A stretch of DNA of 64,000 nucleotides from Trichinella spiralis. Taxonomy: Eukaryota. Positions 1-25,171 of the stretch are shown here, piece by piece (the stretch's first letter is position 1; each line of letters starts with the position of its first letter). The stretch lies in assembly GCF_000181795.1 (NCBI RefSeq), contig NW_003526944.1, positions 3,952,934 to 4,016,933 on the forward strand. The letters are read 5' to 3'. A program made the translations under genes and the position numbers. The notes under the pieces are model-generated. The model saw only the letters and a list, made by a program, of their open reading frames with translations, made no database searches and was not told where the DNA came from.

Positions 1-827
1 GTAGTGATTAAAATTTGAAATTAAATTTTTTCAGCCCAATATTGTACATACAAATAATTCAACAATGCTGACGTGGTGGAGAAATGAAACTGTATGCTTT
101 GCTGCGTGTTGTTGTTATTGTATTGAACACGTCAGCGGAAAATCTATGCTATGCTTCACAGTCGGTCAACGGCTTGCAGAGTTGATCCGTCTCACATTCC
201 TCAAACTGACCCGGATGCAATTTTACAGTCCAATCAGCAAAATACACACATACACAAATCTGTGCTATTCAAATAATTTCCAAATCACAACTTGACAATC
301 CAAACGGCCGCCTTATTTCATTTTTACTGTTCTATTTTTGAATATTTTCAACAATTGCAAAAGTGTGCATAATTAAATTCTAATTTTACTTTTTAATTTC
401 TTTCTAATCAGTGAAACTTGTAACTTTATTTATAATGCAATGACACACACGCACACACACAAGTGACATTTTGATGACAAATGCGAAACATTTGTTTTGC
501 ATTTTCCACGACTGAATCATCATCATCATCAATTGGAAAATGTTCATTGAAATGCAAGTTTTTCATTTCGCTTCATCTTTCCAATCATTCATTAATGCTC
601 TTATAATCCGTGACATTTGACTTGTCAAATTTAAATATGCTTCAAATTTTCGTGAAAACAGTAATTTCATTAATTCTCTCTTCATTTCAGTGGACATATT
701 TCACTGCTGAAGTGCACTTCGGACAAATTCCATTCATCCACATATAACTATAGATTAAAATTTTCACAAGTTCAAAATGAAATTCTTCTCCCTCTGTTTT
801 TCACCCATTCAAATGATCTCGAATCAT

Positions 828-858
<31 letters not shown>

Positions 859-2063
859 AAGCGGATGATTTATAATATTTCCATGCAGTCAGTCAGTCGG
901 TCTTCTTGTAAATATAAATTGTCAATTGGTAAAATTTGTAGTAAAAAAAGCAATGAATGATGATGACGTTGAATTCACTTCAATGAAACATACAACTCAA
1001 CAGGATGCAGTGTTTATTAACGGAAATCTATATCCGATGGAATGCAATTTTGAAGCATGTTACAAACAAATAATGTTCATAAATCATGTCTGGATGCTTT
1101 TATTTTCCTAAAAACAACAACAGCAACAACATATCCATTCTTGAAAATCAAAAAATGTAAAAAATAATATTATACTTACTTCCAATTGAAAAAAAAACAG
1201 AAATTTATTTTTTTAATTTCATACCAACAGAAACGTATATATATGGGCTGGCTTGCAAAGCAGTATGAAGATAACAAGAAAAAAACCAACAGCCAGCTAT
1301 GTTTCAAGCAGTTAACTTTTTTCTTCATCTTCCTCCTCTTTATTTTCTTCTTTTTCTTCATCTTCCTCATCTTCATTTTCTTTTTTTTCTTCATCATCAC
1401 CTTTCGTTTCTTCTTCATCTTTTTTATCATTGTCCTCCTCCTTTTCATCTGCATCATTTCCATTTTCATTCTCCTCTTTTCCATCATTATCATCATCATT
1501 TTCGTCACCATCACCTTCAGAATCTGCAATGTGAAAAATAAAAATAAACAAACAAACAAATCCATGCATGTCGAACAAGCACAATTATGCAGTATATAAT
1601 ATATGCAAAAAAGTAGGAATGTCGTAGGTTTTCAATTCAACTGCATTGAAATCATGCTTTGTTCAAAATAATGATTGTTGACAAACAAACAAATAAATAA
1701 ATAAACTGATACCTTTTTTGAAAATCCAACAATAGCCAGTCTTGCATACTCCCGTTTCAGTACATTCTTTATCCTGGTCGCAGAGTTTCAAAGGGGATTG
1801 TAGTGCTGCATCTTGGCAAGTGGAATTTTCATCGCACAATTTTCTTCCAGAACATTGTTCATGATTTGAACAATAATTTGCTGAAAATATCCGTTTTCTT
1901 TTCTTCATATATATTACTTTAAAAATTATTTACCTTTTGTCAATTTGAAACAAACTCCATTTTTACAGATCGAATTCTGAGCACACTCTTCATCTTTTCT
2001 ACATTTGCTCATCGGCTCAGCATCGACACATTTCCCACTTATACACACTTTATTTCCATAGCA
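1..2063. repeat. Near-identical copy of 16912-18991 (Scribble upstream region plus 3' part of Cys-rich gene A), ending at an N gap
   Basis: Position 1 gtagtgattaaaatttg = 16912; match continues to tatttccatagca at 2063/18991; ORF pairs 65/16976, 926/17845, 1312/18228; scattered SNPs and microsatellite indels. Confidence 0.97.
1312..2063 (-). CDS. Partial duplicate of Cys-rich secreted protein A (last two 8-Cys exons and acidic tail), 5' end lost in the gap
   Basis: CYGNKVCISGKC...GVCFKLTK, ANYCSNHEQC...GYCWIFKK and DSEGDGDE...EEKS* match 18228-18991 apart from one E/G change in the tail. Confidence 0.8.
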
Positions 2064-2073
2064 NNNNNNNNNN
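2064..2073. other. Assembly gap (10 N)
   Basis: Run of n characters. Confidence 1.
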
Positions 2074-2297
2074 TCCCAAATATGCACCCTGACACCGATC
2101 ACAGCGCACATGATGAAGCTGAACATCCGCACACTTTTCCATCGTCTACGTCGACAGCCGCGTGCAATCAACATGCCGCTGCTTGTCTCCGATTGCTTGT
2201 AATCATTGCTTTCCATTTTTGTTTTGCAGCTTTTCACTTTGGAGTGTTGATTTCTCACACTTTAAATGCTCCCGTTTTATCATCAATCACCTCTTGA
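2074..2297 (+). CDS. Possible 3'-terminal exon fragment of an unknown membrane/GPI-anchored protein
   Basis: Open frame directly after the gap, coding-like composition, Ser/Thr/Ala spacer then hydrophobic C-terminal segment (LRLLVIIAFHFCFAAFHFGVLI), TGA at 2295-2297. No homology recognised. Confidence 0.3.
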
Positions 2298-3524
2298 ATG
2301 AACCAGTCACTTTAAGGCGAACTAGTTACTTACTTCACACAAGAATAACATTTCTTCCATGCTAATTCAACTGACAATTAATGCTACACGTTCGAAACGA
2401 TTCGCATGTTCATTTGGACCAACCAGTTGCATTAAATTGCTGTTTTCTACGCCTTGTATACAAATGTAATGTAAATGTAAGTGTAATGCATACGAAATAC
2501 ATATATCCATATCCATATACATTTACATTTTTATACATTATAAAATACAATCATGTACACGTACGTAGGTAGTAGGTACACAATGCATAATTGTTGAACA
2601 GACTGCTCAGTTCAAGATAGCACTTCGAATTTTGGAAAATTAATTAAATATGAAAACAGAGAGAGCATCGTGAGCAATTAGTAGATTTTCATCTTGTCAA
2701 TAAATGACAATTGAACCAATCAATTATTCACAGATAGAGACGACTTTATCTGAAATTGTTGGAATGAAGTTTATCATTTTATTGACAGCAATCTAAAACA
2801 AAGCAGTGAATGAACAACCAACATTAACATTAACAGCTAAATCAGTACAAAAGAAAAACAAGTGGAACTACTACTTCTCAAGTCAATAAAAACCAAATCA
2901 CAAAAGCAGGGCGAAATTTTTTAAAGTACAAATTCAGTTTGCAATTTGAAATTGCCACAACTTATTCATAGAGTTTTTCAAATTTTATCTAAAATTTAAA
3001 AATTGAAATAAATTTCATAAACATAAATGAAAAAAAGAATAAATAACCTCAAGACTACACGTTCAGTACATGGATATACACACACACTACCTGCTTGCTG
3101 TACATGTGTGTTATTTCAATTTTATTTTTAATGCTTTAGGTTGATCCAGCTGAATTCGAAGATGCTATTTGTTAAAACATGAGCAAAATTTTCCTTGTCG
3201 TTATCTGTCACGATATTATGCAACGCATGCACACAGTGTACATTGTCTACATGCGCATAAAAGTGACAAGTTGTGACAAGTGACAAGAAACAAACAGTGG
3301 ATTGAATGATAAGCGTCATTTCTGATTGGAATATTTTTCAAACATAAAAAAAAACACAAGTTTCTAGTGTATAAAAAAATACATAATTATCCAGATTTTA
3401 CAAACTACCCTGCGCAGGATGATGCATCGTTGAAGTCGATCAATCATAACAGAAAAAGACGAAATTTGTCAAAATGAAAATTATCTTTATTACTATCATT
3501 AGTGCTGTTGTTTTATCATATATG

Positions 3525-3525
<1 letters not shown>

Positions 3526-3569
<44 letters not shown>
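3526..3569. repeat. (TA)n microsatellite
   Basis: About 22 TA units. Confidence 0.95.
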
Positions 3570-3575
<6 letters not shown>

Positions 3576-4392
3576 CAACAACGTACTCAGTGCAGAATCA
3601 TAGCCAACCGCTGAAAAATAAAAAAAATAACGTCTCGACTTGGAATAAAGGGAAATAAATCAAAAAATAAACAATAAAAATGCTGTTTTTCAAATTCAAA
3701 TAAGCAGCACAAGATGTGTGGAGAGGAAAAGTTCTGCCCATTCAGTAGGTAGCAAGCAGATCAGAAGAAAAAGCAGCGGCTTGATCGATGATGATAATAG
3801 CAAAATGACCAAACAGAGTCAACAAATACAAAAGAAAAAACGGTCAATAATAATCAATAAACAAAAACCATATGCGAAGAGATAATTTTCATCCGAAATT
3901 AATAAATTCATGATAAAATGGGTAAATTACAACAATGAAAAAACAAACATCGTTCATCGCTCGGGAAGGATCATTATTGTGAATAATGAAAAAAAGCTGC
4001 AAGTCCAAACCGCTGCAAATTCAATCAGTCGTCAGTGGCAGAAGAAAACGCGAACCAACCAAACCAGCAGCATGAAAAAAATAAAATATATTCATATTAA
4101 TCTTTTCATGTCGTTATGTTATTGTTGGAAATAATATATTTCTTCAAAATGCCATCAGTATCATACGAAACTGAGCAGCAGCAGCGTCAGCAGCAAAACA
4201 ACTTCAAAAAGATTTAAGATATATATAATTTTCAGCGGCAAGTTGCATATCGTTTGTGGCTGCTTCAAAGTAAGATGAAAAAATAAAATAAAAAATATTC
4301 AAGGTAAAAAAGAAGAAGTCATCAATCACAATGATTTGATTATAAATTTAAAAAAGAAAAAGAAAAGAAAGCACGATGCTGCCTGCTGCTTG

Positions 4393-16690
<12,298 letters not shown>

Positions 16691-17746
16691 TCACTGTTTC
16701 AAATCAAAATTGGCCAATTCAGCTTGGCAAAGTGAAACTACATGGCCCGAGTACGTCGGCAACAAACTACTACTCGACAAAGCGGCGCCCGGCTAAATTA
16801 CAGTAACCTAATGAACAATAATTAAGATCGATGTAAAAAATGTCACACGCTCCATTTTGATAAATTGTGCCAAAATTAATGCAGTTGTATTGGAAGACAA
16901 TGTCGTTCACAGTAGTGATTAAAATTTGAAATTAAATTTTTTCAGCCCAATATTGTACATACAAATAATTCAACAATGCTGACGTGGTGGAGAAATGAAA
17001 CTGTATGCTTTGCTGCGTGTTGTTGTTATTGTATTGAACACGTCAGCGGAAAATCTATGCTATGCTTCACAGTCGGTCAACGGCTTGCAGAGTTGATCCG
17101 TCTCACATTCCTCAAACTGACCCGGATGCAATTTTACAGTCCAATCAGCAAAATACACACAAACATACATGCACAAATCTGTGCTATTCAAATAATTTCC
17201 AAATCACAACTTGACAATCCAAACGGCCGCCTTATTTCATTTTTACTGTTCTATTTTTGAATATTTTCAACAATTGCAAAAGTGTGCATAATTAAATTCT
17301 AATTTTACTTTTTAATTTCTTTCTAATCAGTGAAACTTGTAACTTTATTTATAATGCAATGACACACACGCACACACACAAGTGACATTTTGATGACAAA
17401 TGCGAAACATTTGTTTTGCATTTTCCACGACTGAATCATCATCATCATCAATTGGAAAATGTTCATTGAAATGCAAGTTTTTCATTTCGCTTCATCTTTT
17501 CAATCATTCATTAATGCTTTTATAATCCGTGACATTTGACTTGTCAAATTTAAATATGCTTCAAATTTTCGTGAAAACAGTAATTTCATTAATTCTCTCT
17601 TCATTTCAGTGGACATATTTCACTGCTGAAGTGCACTTCGGACAATTTCCATGCATCCACATATAACTATAGATTAAAATTTTCACAAGTTCAAAATGAA
17701 ATTCTTCTCCCTCTGTTTTTCACCCATTCAAATGATTTCGAATAAT

Positions 17747-17777
<31 letters not shown>

Positions 17778-18227
17778 AAGCGGATGATTTATAATATTTC
17801 CATGCAGTCAGTCAGTCAGTCTTCTTGTAAATATAAATTGTCAATTGGTAAAATTTGTAGTAAAAAAAGCAATGAATGATGATGACGTTGAATTCACTTC
17901 AATGAAACATACAACTCAACAGGATGCAGTGTTTATTAACGGAAATCTATATCCGATGGAATGCTATTTTGAAGCATGTTACAAACAAATGTTCATAAAT
18001 CATGTCTGGATGCTTTTATTTTCCTAAAAACAACAACAGCAACAACATATCCATTCTTGAAAATCAAAAAATGTAAAAAATAATATTATACTTACTTCCA
18101 ATTGAAAAAAAAACAGAAATTTATTTTTTTAATTTCATACCAACAGAAACGTATATATATGGGCTGGCTTGCAAAGCAGTATGAAGATAACAAGAAAAAA
18201 ACCAACAGCCAGCTATGTTTCAAGCAG

Positions 18228-18601
18228 TTAACTTTTTTCTTCATCTTCCTCCTCTTTATTTTCTTCTTTTTCTTCATCTTCCTCATCTTCATTTTCTTTT
18301 TTTCCTTCATCATCACCTTTCGTTTCTTCTTCATCTTTTTTATCATTGTCCTCCTCCTTTTCATCTGCATCATTTCCATTTTCATTCTCCTCTTTTCCAT
18401 CATTATCATCATCATTTTCGTCACCATCACCTTCAGAATCTGCAATGTGAAAAATAAAAATAAACAAACAAACAAATCCATGCATGTCGAACAAGCACAA
18501 TTATGCAGTATATAATATATGCAAAAAAGTAGGAATGTCGTAGGTTTTCATTTCAACTGCATTGAAATCAAGCTTGGTTCAAAATAATGATTGTTGACAA
18601 A

Positions 18602-18632
<31 letters not shown>

Positions 18633-19778
18633 ATTGATACCTTTTTTGAAAATCCAACAATAGCCAGTCTTGCATACTCCCGTTTCAGTACATTCTTTAT
18701 CCTGGTCGCAGAGTTTCAAAGGGGATTGTAGTGCTGCATCTTGGCAAGTGGAATTTTCATCGCACAATTTTCTTCCAGAACATTGTTCATGATTTGAACA
18801 ATAATTTGCTGAAAATATCCGTTTTCTTTTCTTCATATATATTACTTTAAAAATTATTTACCTTTTGTCAATTTGAAACAAACTCCATTTTTACAGATCG
18901 AATTCTGAGCACACTCTTCATCTTTTCTACATTTGCTCATCGGCTCAGCATCGACACATTTCCCACTTATACACACTTTATTTCCATAGCAATCGTTGTG
19001 CTTTTTACATTGTCCTGTTATAAATTCAGAATCATGAATATTATTTTGATTCGTTTAAATTGAAATAAAAAAAATGAACACACCCAAAGATGATGATGAT
19101 GACGATGATGGTGGTGCAGAAGCAATTTCACCAAACAATTCCCAGCAAACTTCATGCCAACAAGCTTGTTCACTATTACCACAATCTCTGTGCCTTTCGC
19201 ATTCCTTTCCTGTTGGTTTTGCTTTTTCACATTTCTTCTTCACGCACACTTGTCTAGCATTACAATCATCATGCATTCTGCATTGGCTGTCTGATTTAGG
19301 CGGATGACTGCTTGTACTGGCTTTTTCTTCTTCTGAAAACAGCAACAAATTTCTAATATGAATATTTTACAAAACCAAAATCATTAAACAAATTCAAAAT
19401 CTTGCTGTATTCTTCGAAGCATAATCCATACAAGCAGGCCTGATCATCGGCGCACTGGTCGTCGTTCTCATCGCAATAAATACCGTCACCATTTTTGCTG
19501 ATCACCGGAGCGGCAGGTTTGCATTCATTTTTCACACACAACGCCTGATACGGTTGACAATCGCTGTGCACTTTGCAACTTTTCGGCAGCTTTACTATTA
19601 CACTTGCTAAACGATATGCAAATCAACATTATCCCTCAGGTAATATATCACATTATACTATATTATATTATACTATACTATACTATACTATATTATATTG
19701 GTTACTTTGTCGTTTGCTAAAGACAAAAATCAGCAATTGAACAACAAGCACGAATGACGACAACAACGCTCTGGACAT
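18228..19778 (-). CDS. Secreted Cys-rich protein A: signal peptide, four 8-Cys modules, Asp/Glu-rich tail (6 exons)
   Basis: Exon 1 19778-19706 MSRALLSSFVLVVQLLIFVFSKRQ. Module exons CKVHSDC...YGLCF, CRMHDDC...HEVCW, CKKHNDC...NGVCF, CSNHEQC...TGYCW. Final exon DSEGDGDENDDD...EEKS*. Confidence 0.88.
19655..19698. repeat. (TATTA/TACTA)n pentanucleotide microsatellite in intron 1 of gene A
   Basis: tactatattatattatactatactatactatactatattata. Confidence 0.85.
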
Positions 19779-20666
19779 TTTTCTCCTGCTGCAGCAATTA
19801 TTTGACAAAGCAGTCATCTTAAATTCACCCAAACTAGGCACAATTCAGACAAATTCTGTTTACTCAGACAAAATTCATATCCATCCAATTCACTCACAAT
19901 TGTACACTTCCATGCAACAAAAGCAGCTCTCATGCTACAAGCAGCATCATTTCACAATGCATTACCGTCTTTTTATAAACAAATAAAAAAACCGACGAAC
20001 AACAAATAATTCATATGCTTTTTGTACATTCAATGGCATTTCTATTAAATGGAAAGTCTAATTTTTAGGAAAAATTTTTCCATTGTTCGATTTGTTTTAC
20101 CAAAAAAAAATAATAACTGATTTTTTTCCAACTACTAGTAAATATTTGTATTGAATTAGTGAGAAAGAAAAAACTGAAATTAGTATCCAAAATGCGAATA
20201 CATATTATAGCCAACAAATGACGCATACAATGCCGCCAATACAACAGCACACTAGCGTAGATAAACAGACAAGAATAACAACGCAGATAGCGCATTTTGT
20301 TCATTTTTGTGCTAGATGATGAAATTCAAAGTATTTTTAGCTCAAACATCCCTTCACCCATATGCAAAACTGTTGTCTGTGGTAAAATAAATAAATATTT
20401 AATAAAATGCACTAAACTAATATTTAACAATTGACTAATAGGCGAAAAAGCACGCAATTAGTCGCATATTACCAGGCGTTGGATGTGCGTTACGCAAGCT
20501 GATGCAACTGCAAGACAATTTTATTAATTAAAGCCAAAACAAATGTGATTGCAGAATGGATGTGTTTTTAGTTGGAAAATTTTCACAATTTTAAAAAGGG
20601 CTTAATTTCAAAATTTCCATTCCAGCTCACAGTCAACAAACAACAGCTGAATATCGTCGTCATCAA

Positions 20667-21993
20667 ATGAAAATATTATTACCAATCTGCGTTGTAATAT
20701 TATTCTTCTTGCCACAACAAACGGAAACTTTTGGTTAGAGAAGTGTTTTTATTTTTATGCAAAAAAAATAATAATAATTTCATTTTCAGCATGCAAAACG
20801 CACAAGCAATGTCCAGGCCAGTCGATATGTGTGAACAGGAAGTGCAAATTAGCGGCTCCAAGTAGGAGATATTCAGAATGTCAAACACAGAAACACTGCG
20901 GCTATGGTTCATATTGCAAATTTGGACTCTGCTGGATTGAACGTGATCCTTCTTCGTCAGAAGAAGAAGATCAAGGTATGTGAAATTTGTATATTCCATT
21001 TGCATATTGTTTATGGTTTATAATCTACTTCTCTTTCTCAACAAAGATCATTCAATGATTTCCATTGAATATTTTAAAAATAGAAAGTAATAAAACTACT
21101 TTTTCCTAATATAATTTTTTTTGGTTCATTTAGCATCAAGAAGCTGAATTAAGATAGACTAAAAGTAACAAAATCTTACAAATTGTTGATATTCGTATCG
21201 TTCGTTCAATTCATCCATTAATTTCCATTAACCAATCTGCTATATCGCAAACAAGCTTACCTTCAGCAGTACAATATTAAAAGTCAATATTGAATCAAGC
21301 GAAACCAATTTTATCAATCATGCGTATTATTCAGGTCAAAAAAAGCGAATCGAGGACGTAATTCACAATATCAAATTGTTTCATCGCAAACCTCATTTCA
21401 CTTTTCAAATTCTCCATTTTCATTCAACCAAAATAAATTCAATGATAAATACCAAAAAAAAGAGAAAAATATCAAATACTTATACATATATATATATATT
21501 TTTTTTGGAATTTGTTTATGAATAAAGCATAACAAATATATTAAATAAATTATTGCCTTTTTTCCCAATTTTAGCAAAATGTAAAGTGCACGAAGATTGT
21601 CCAGGAAATAAGCTTTGTAATAAATATGGAGAATGCAAACCAGGTCGACCGACGTCGAACACTTGCGAAGATGATTATTCATGCGATGAAGGAGAATATT
21701 GCAAGTACAATTTCTGTTGGGTCTATGCAAATGGTAATTTGAATAAACCAATATTAAAAAATAGTTTTTTGAGTGATAATAAAAAAATATCTTGTTTAGA
21801 TGAAAATTCCAAATTTGATGCAAAAATAATAGACGAAAATAGATGCCAAACGCACGAAAAATGCATGACAAAAAAAGTGTGCGAAAACGGCAAATGCAAG
21901 CCTGCAAAACCGATCGATCGATCTTGCGAAACTGATAAAAATTGTGGGAAAAATAATAAATGCAAATACGGTGTCTGCTTTCAACTGATTTAA
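20667..21993 (+). CDS. Secreted Cys-rich protein B: signal peptide plus three 8-Cys modules
   Basis: ATG 20667 MKILLPICVVILFFLPQQTETF. Exon from 20790 ACKTHKQCPGQSICVNRKC...CKFGLCW; exon ~21575 CKVHEDC...YNFCW; exon ~21800 CQTHEKC...YGVCFQLI*. Confidence 0.88.
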
Positions 21994-22879
21994 AACGTAT
22001 GCTGTGAAGATGCAGTTATTAAGACAAAAAAAATTATTCTACAGCAGTTTTTCCTCCATTCTTCATAAATTAATGTAAGAAAGAAATCAATCATCCTCGC
22101 ACAATTACAAACAAACATTAAAAATGTCAAATATTCAAATACGCACGTATTCATATTACATTAAAATATTAAGCATGGTACTGCTGTTGTTTTTTGATAA
22201 ATAAAGAAATCCCTGATATTGCGACAAAATTGTTCTTCATAAAAAAAACAACAAATTTTAAATTTCAAAAATCATGTTTTCATAAATCATTCGTTTGCTC
22301 CACACTAACTATTATCCCCTAATGTTGTTCTACTTACTGGTATTGTAAAAATAGCTCTACAACGAAATGTATGCATAATAAATTAGATGTGTTGAAATAT
22401 TAAAACTTTATTAAAATTAATGCTACTATAAAAACAGTAACTGTGGGAAATGAATGAAGAATAATTAATTGATAACATGCTGGGAGAAATAGAACAATTT
22501 TGAAAACACATCAATTACTGTTGAACTGTATTACAGGGAAATCAATAAGAAATCTGACTTTGTCCTGATTGTGAAAGTTTGAGAAAAAAATTTTCAGCCC
22601 CAGATGACTTACAATACAAACTTACGTTCCACCTGTCATTCGATTTCACTTTTAACTCAACAAACACAGTTACGCCCAAGTGAAATATATTTAAAAAAAC
22701 TTCTCCTTTAAGACATATGATGCGGTTGATTTATTCAACGCTGCTGACAAATAAAGTACATATATACAGATATTTACTTATTTAAAAATAAAAAAAGATA
22801 TATATATATATATATAAATCATGAAAAGTTGGCCAAGATAACTTCAATGGAATTCGTTAGTGCCAAATCGAACAATACC

Positions 22880-23444
22880 ATGTCATCCTTCTGCACTTTT
22901 GCATTGTTACTGTTATTGATCTCCCTCGTAAAATGTAAGTAAAAGTTGTTCCATTTCTACCCATCCAAAAAGAATATAATTTACGATTAATGCTCATTGT
23001 AAAATCAGATCAAAAAACCCTTTTTAATAACTGATTAACAAAATTAAAAATCGACTAAATCAACTGATAAACTATTATTGAGCAAATAAGTTATATTTGG
23101 TCCTAACGTTGATGCTTTCTACATATTCACACAGTTCTACAAATTCAACATAAAATTATACAATATATATATATACAATTTCATTTTTAGCATGTGATAA
23201 ACACTCTGACTGTTCGGGTCAAGCAATATGCGATGATGGCAAATGCGTACCAGCAAAACCAGTGGGAGGGGAGTGTAAAACAGATAGTGAATGCAACGAA
23301 TCCAAAAAACAAGCCTGCATCTCTGGAATATGCATGGCAAAAGCTGTGCCTGCTGAGAGTACGTTCACATTCATAGTACTGTATATTATAATTAATTCAA
23401 AAAAAATATTACCACTAATTTATTATAATTCAATAAACAAATGA

Positions 23445-23475
<31 letters not shown>

Positions 23476-24675
23476 GATAATCTCATTTCTCATATCATTG
23501 GAATAATCAGATAAATAAAAAGTGAATTAATAAGTAATTAATCTGAAACTTATTATATTCAAATAAAAGTATAATTATCCAATTAACAAAATTGACATAG
23601 TTTGATTATAAAATTTAGAAAAAAATTATTTCAGAAAAAGAAGAAAAATGCACCAATCATTACGACTGCAGTGGACAACGGGTGTGCAAAAATGGAAAAT
23701 GTGTACCGGCATATTCGACGAGCAAAACTTGTTCAAATCCTGGTGGATGTCCATTAGCGCAAAAATGCGCTTACGGATATTGCTTTGAAGCTTACGACCC
23801 GAGCAGTAAGAGATTCTAATTAAAATTTATACTAAAGGAAAAGAAAACAAATTGTTCTGCACAAACAAGCGAACGCAAACGAAATGTTCTCTTGCAATTG
23901 AAATATATTAAAATGCTTTATTTTGAAAATGGTAGAGAAAATTTTTATTTAAAAATTTAAATTTTACGTCAGTTTCTGAAAATGACATTTTGACGTTGAA
24001 AATGAGCAAGTTATCTTGAGAAAAAAAAAAGATTACAAAAGCCAGCATAACGATATAAACGACGACGACAACAACAACAACAACACTAATCACGCAAGTA
24101 TCACAGCTAGTGATGCTATTGAATACAAGCACAAATAATGCAAAAATACAAAAATTAATGCAAATCAGTTGCAGCAAAATATCAACAAAACAACAACAAA
24201 CGCTGGAAATTTTTTGTTTAGATCCTTCCAAGCCACCGCCCCCTTCAGAACCCTCTTCTGACAAATGTTCAGTGAACGAAGACTGCCCAGGAAGTTCTTT
24301 GTGCAAAAATGGGCAATGTAAAATTGCCATTATGTTGGGAAAAATCAAATGCACAACCGACAGTCAATGCGGAAAGAATGGTGGCTGTAAAAATGGATTC
24401 TGTTACTTCTGTAAGCTCTCTCTGCCTAGATGCACAGATTCATTTACATTTTGCAAGTTGAAAAAAAACAATTTTTCTTTACAACATCATACACTGTTTC
24501 AGATATCCCAGATTATAAGATCTGCAAGACACATTCAGAATGTGAAGGCAATTTTCTGTGCTTAAATTATGTATGCGTTCCTGCTTTTACGTGGGGTGTC
24601 CGTTGCGACAAATTTCAAAGCTGTCCACCGAAACACATATGCAAAAATGGAAAATGCTATTTCTTCCTCTTGTGA
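22880..24675 (+). CDS. Secreted Cys-rich protein C: signal peptide plus four 8-Cys modules
   Basis: ATG 22880 MSSFCTFALLLLLISLVK then gtaagt. Exons from 23191 (CDKHSDC...SGICM), 23635 (CTNHYDC...YGYCF), 24222 (CSVNEDC...NGFCYF), 24503 (CKTHSEC...NGKCYFFLL*). Confidence 0.9.
23449..23475. repeat. (AT)n microsatellite in an intron of gene C
   Basis: atatatat run. Confidence 0.9.
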
Positions 24676-25171
24676 AAAATACACTGCAAACAAATGAATC
24701 ATCGTTCATTTGCACAACCTTATAAATGAAATAATGAAAAAAATGTTCTGTTTTTTTTATGTTGCCAAAAATATATTTTTCAATTGAATTGAATAAAATT
24801 TAAACGAACGCAATGTGCAATAAAAATGTTAGTTATCAAAACAGTGGCAGTGATAAATTAAAAAAAAACACTGATGCTCATTTAAAGAAGAAAGAAAACA
24901 GAAAGCATTATTTTCAATTTTCATCTGATCAAAGTTAAACAAGTCAAAAATTTGATAATCTCTTTCAAGCATTCATTCATTGATACAATTTAGACAATGG
25001 AAACAATAAAACAATACTATGGAAAATATGCTTCTACGTAACAGCAACTGTGTTTCATTGTAAATAAATTTTCATTACAAATTCATTTCAAAAAATTCAC
25101 TTTGAGCAGTTAAGATTGAAATCATAAATCTACGGTGAAGAAGATCCTCATCTCGATCGTACAGTCGAACA

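Noticed and set aside
1176..1599. Poly-Phe/Ile, poly-Lys/Met and poly-His ORFs (also 18092-18515)
   Set aside because: Alternative frames and strand of the low-complexity acidic-tail exon.
1926..2258. ORFs reading through the N gaps (also 9873-10490, 10060-10656)
   Set aside because: Chimeric translations across assembly gaps.
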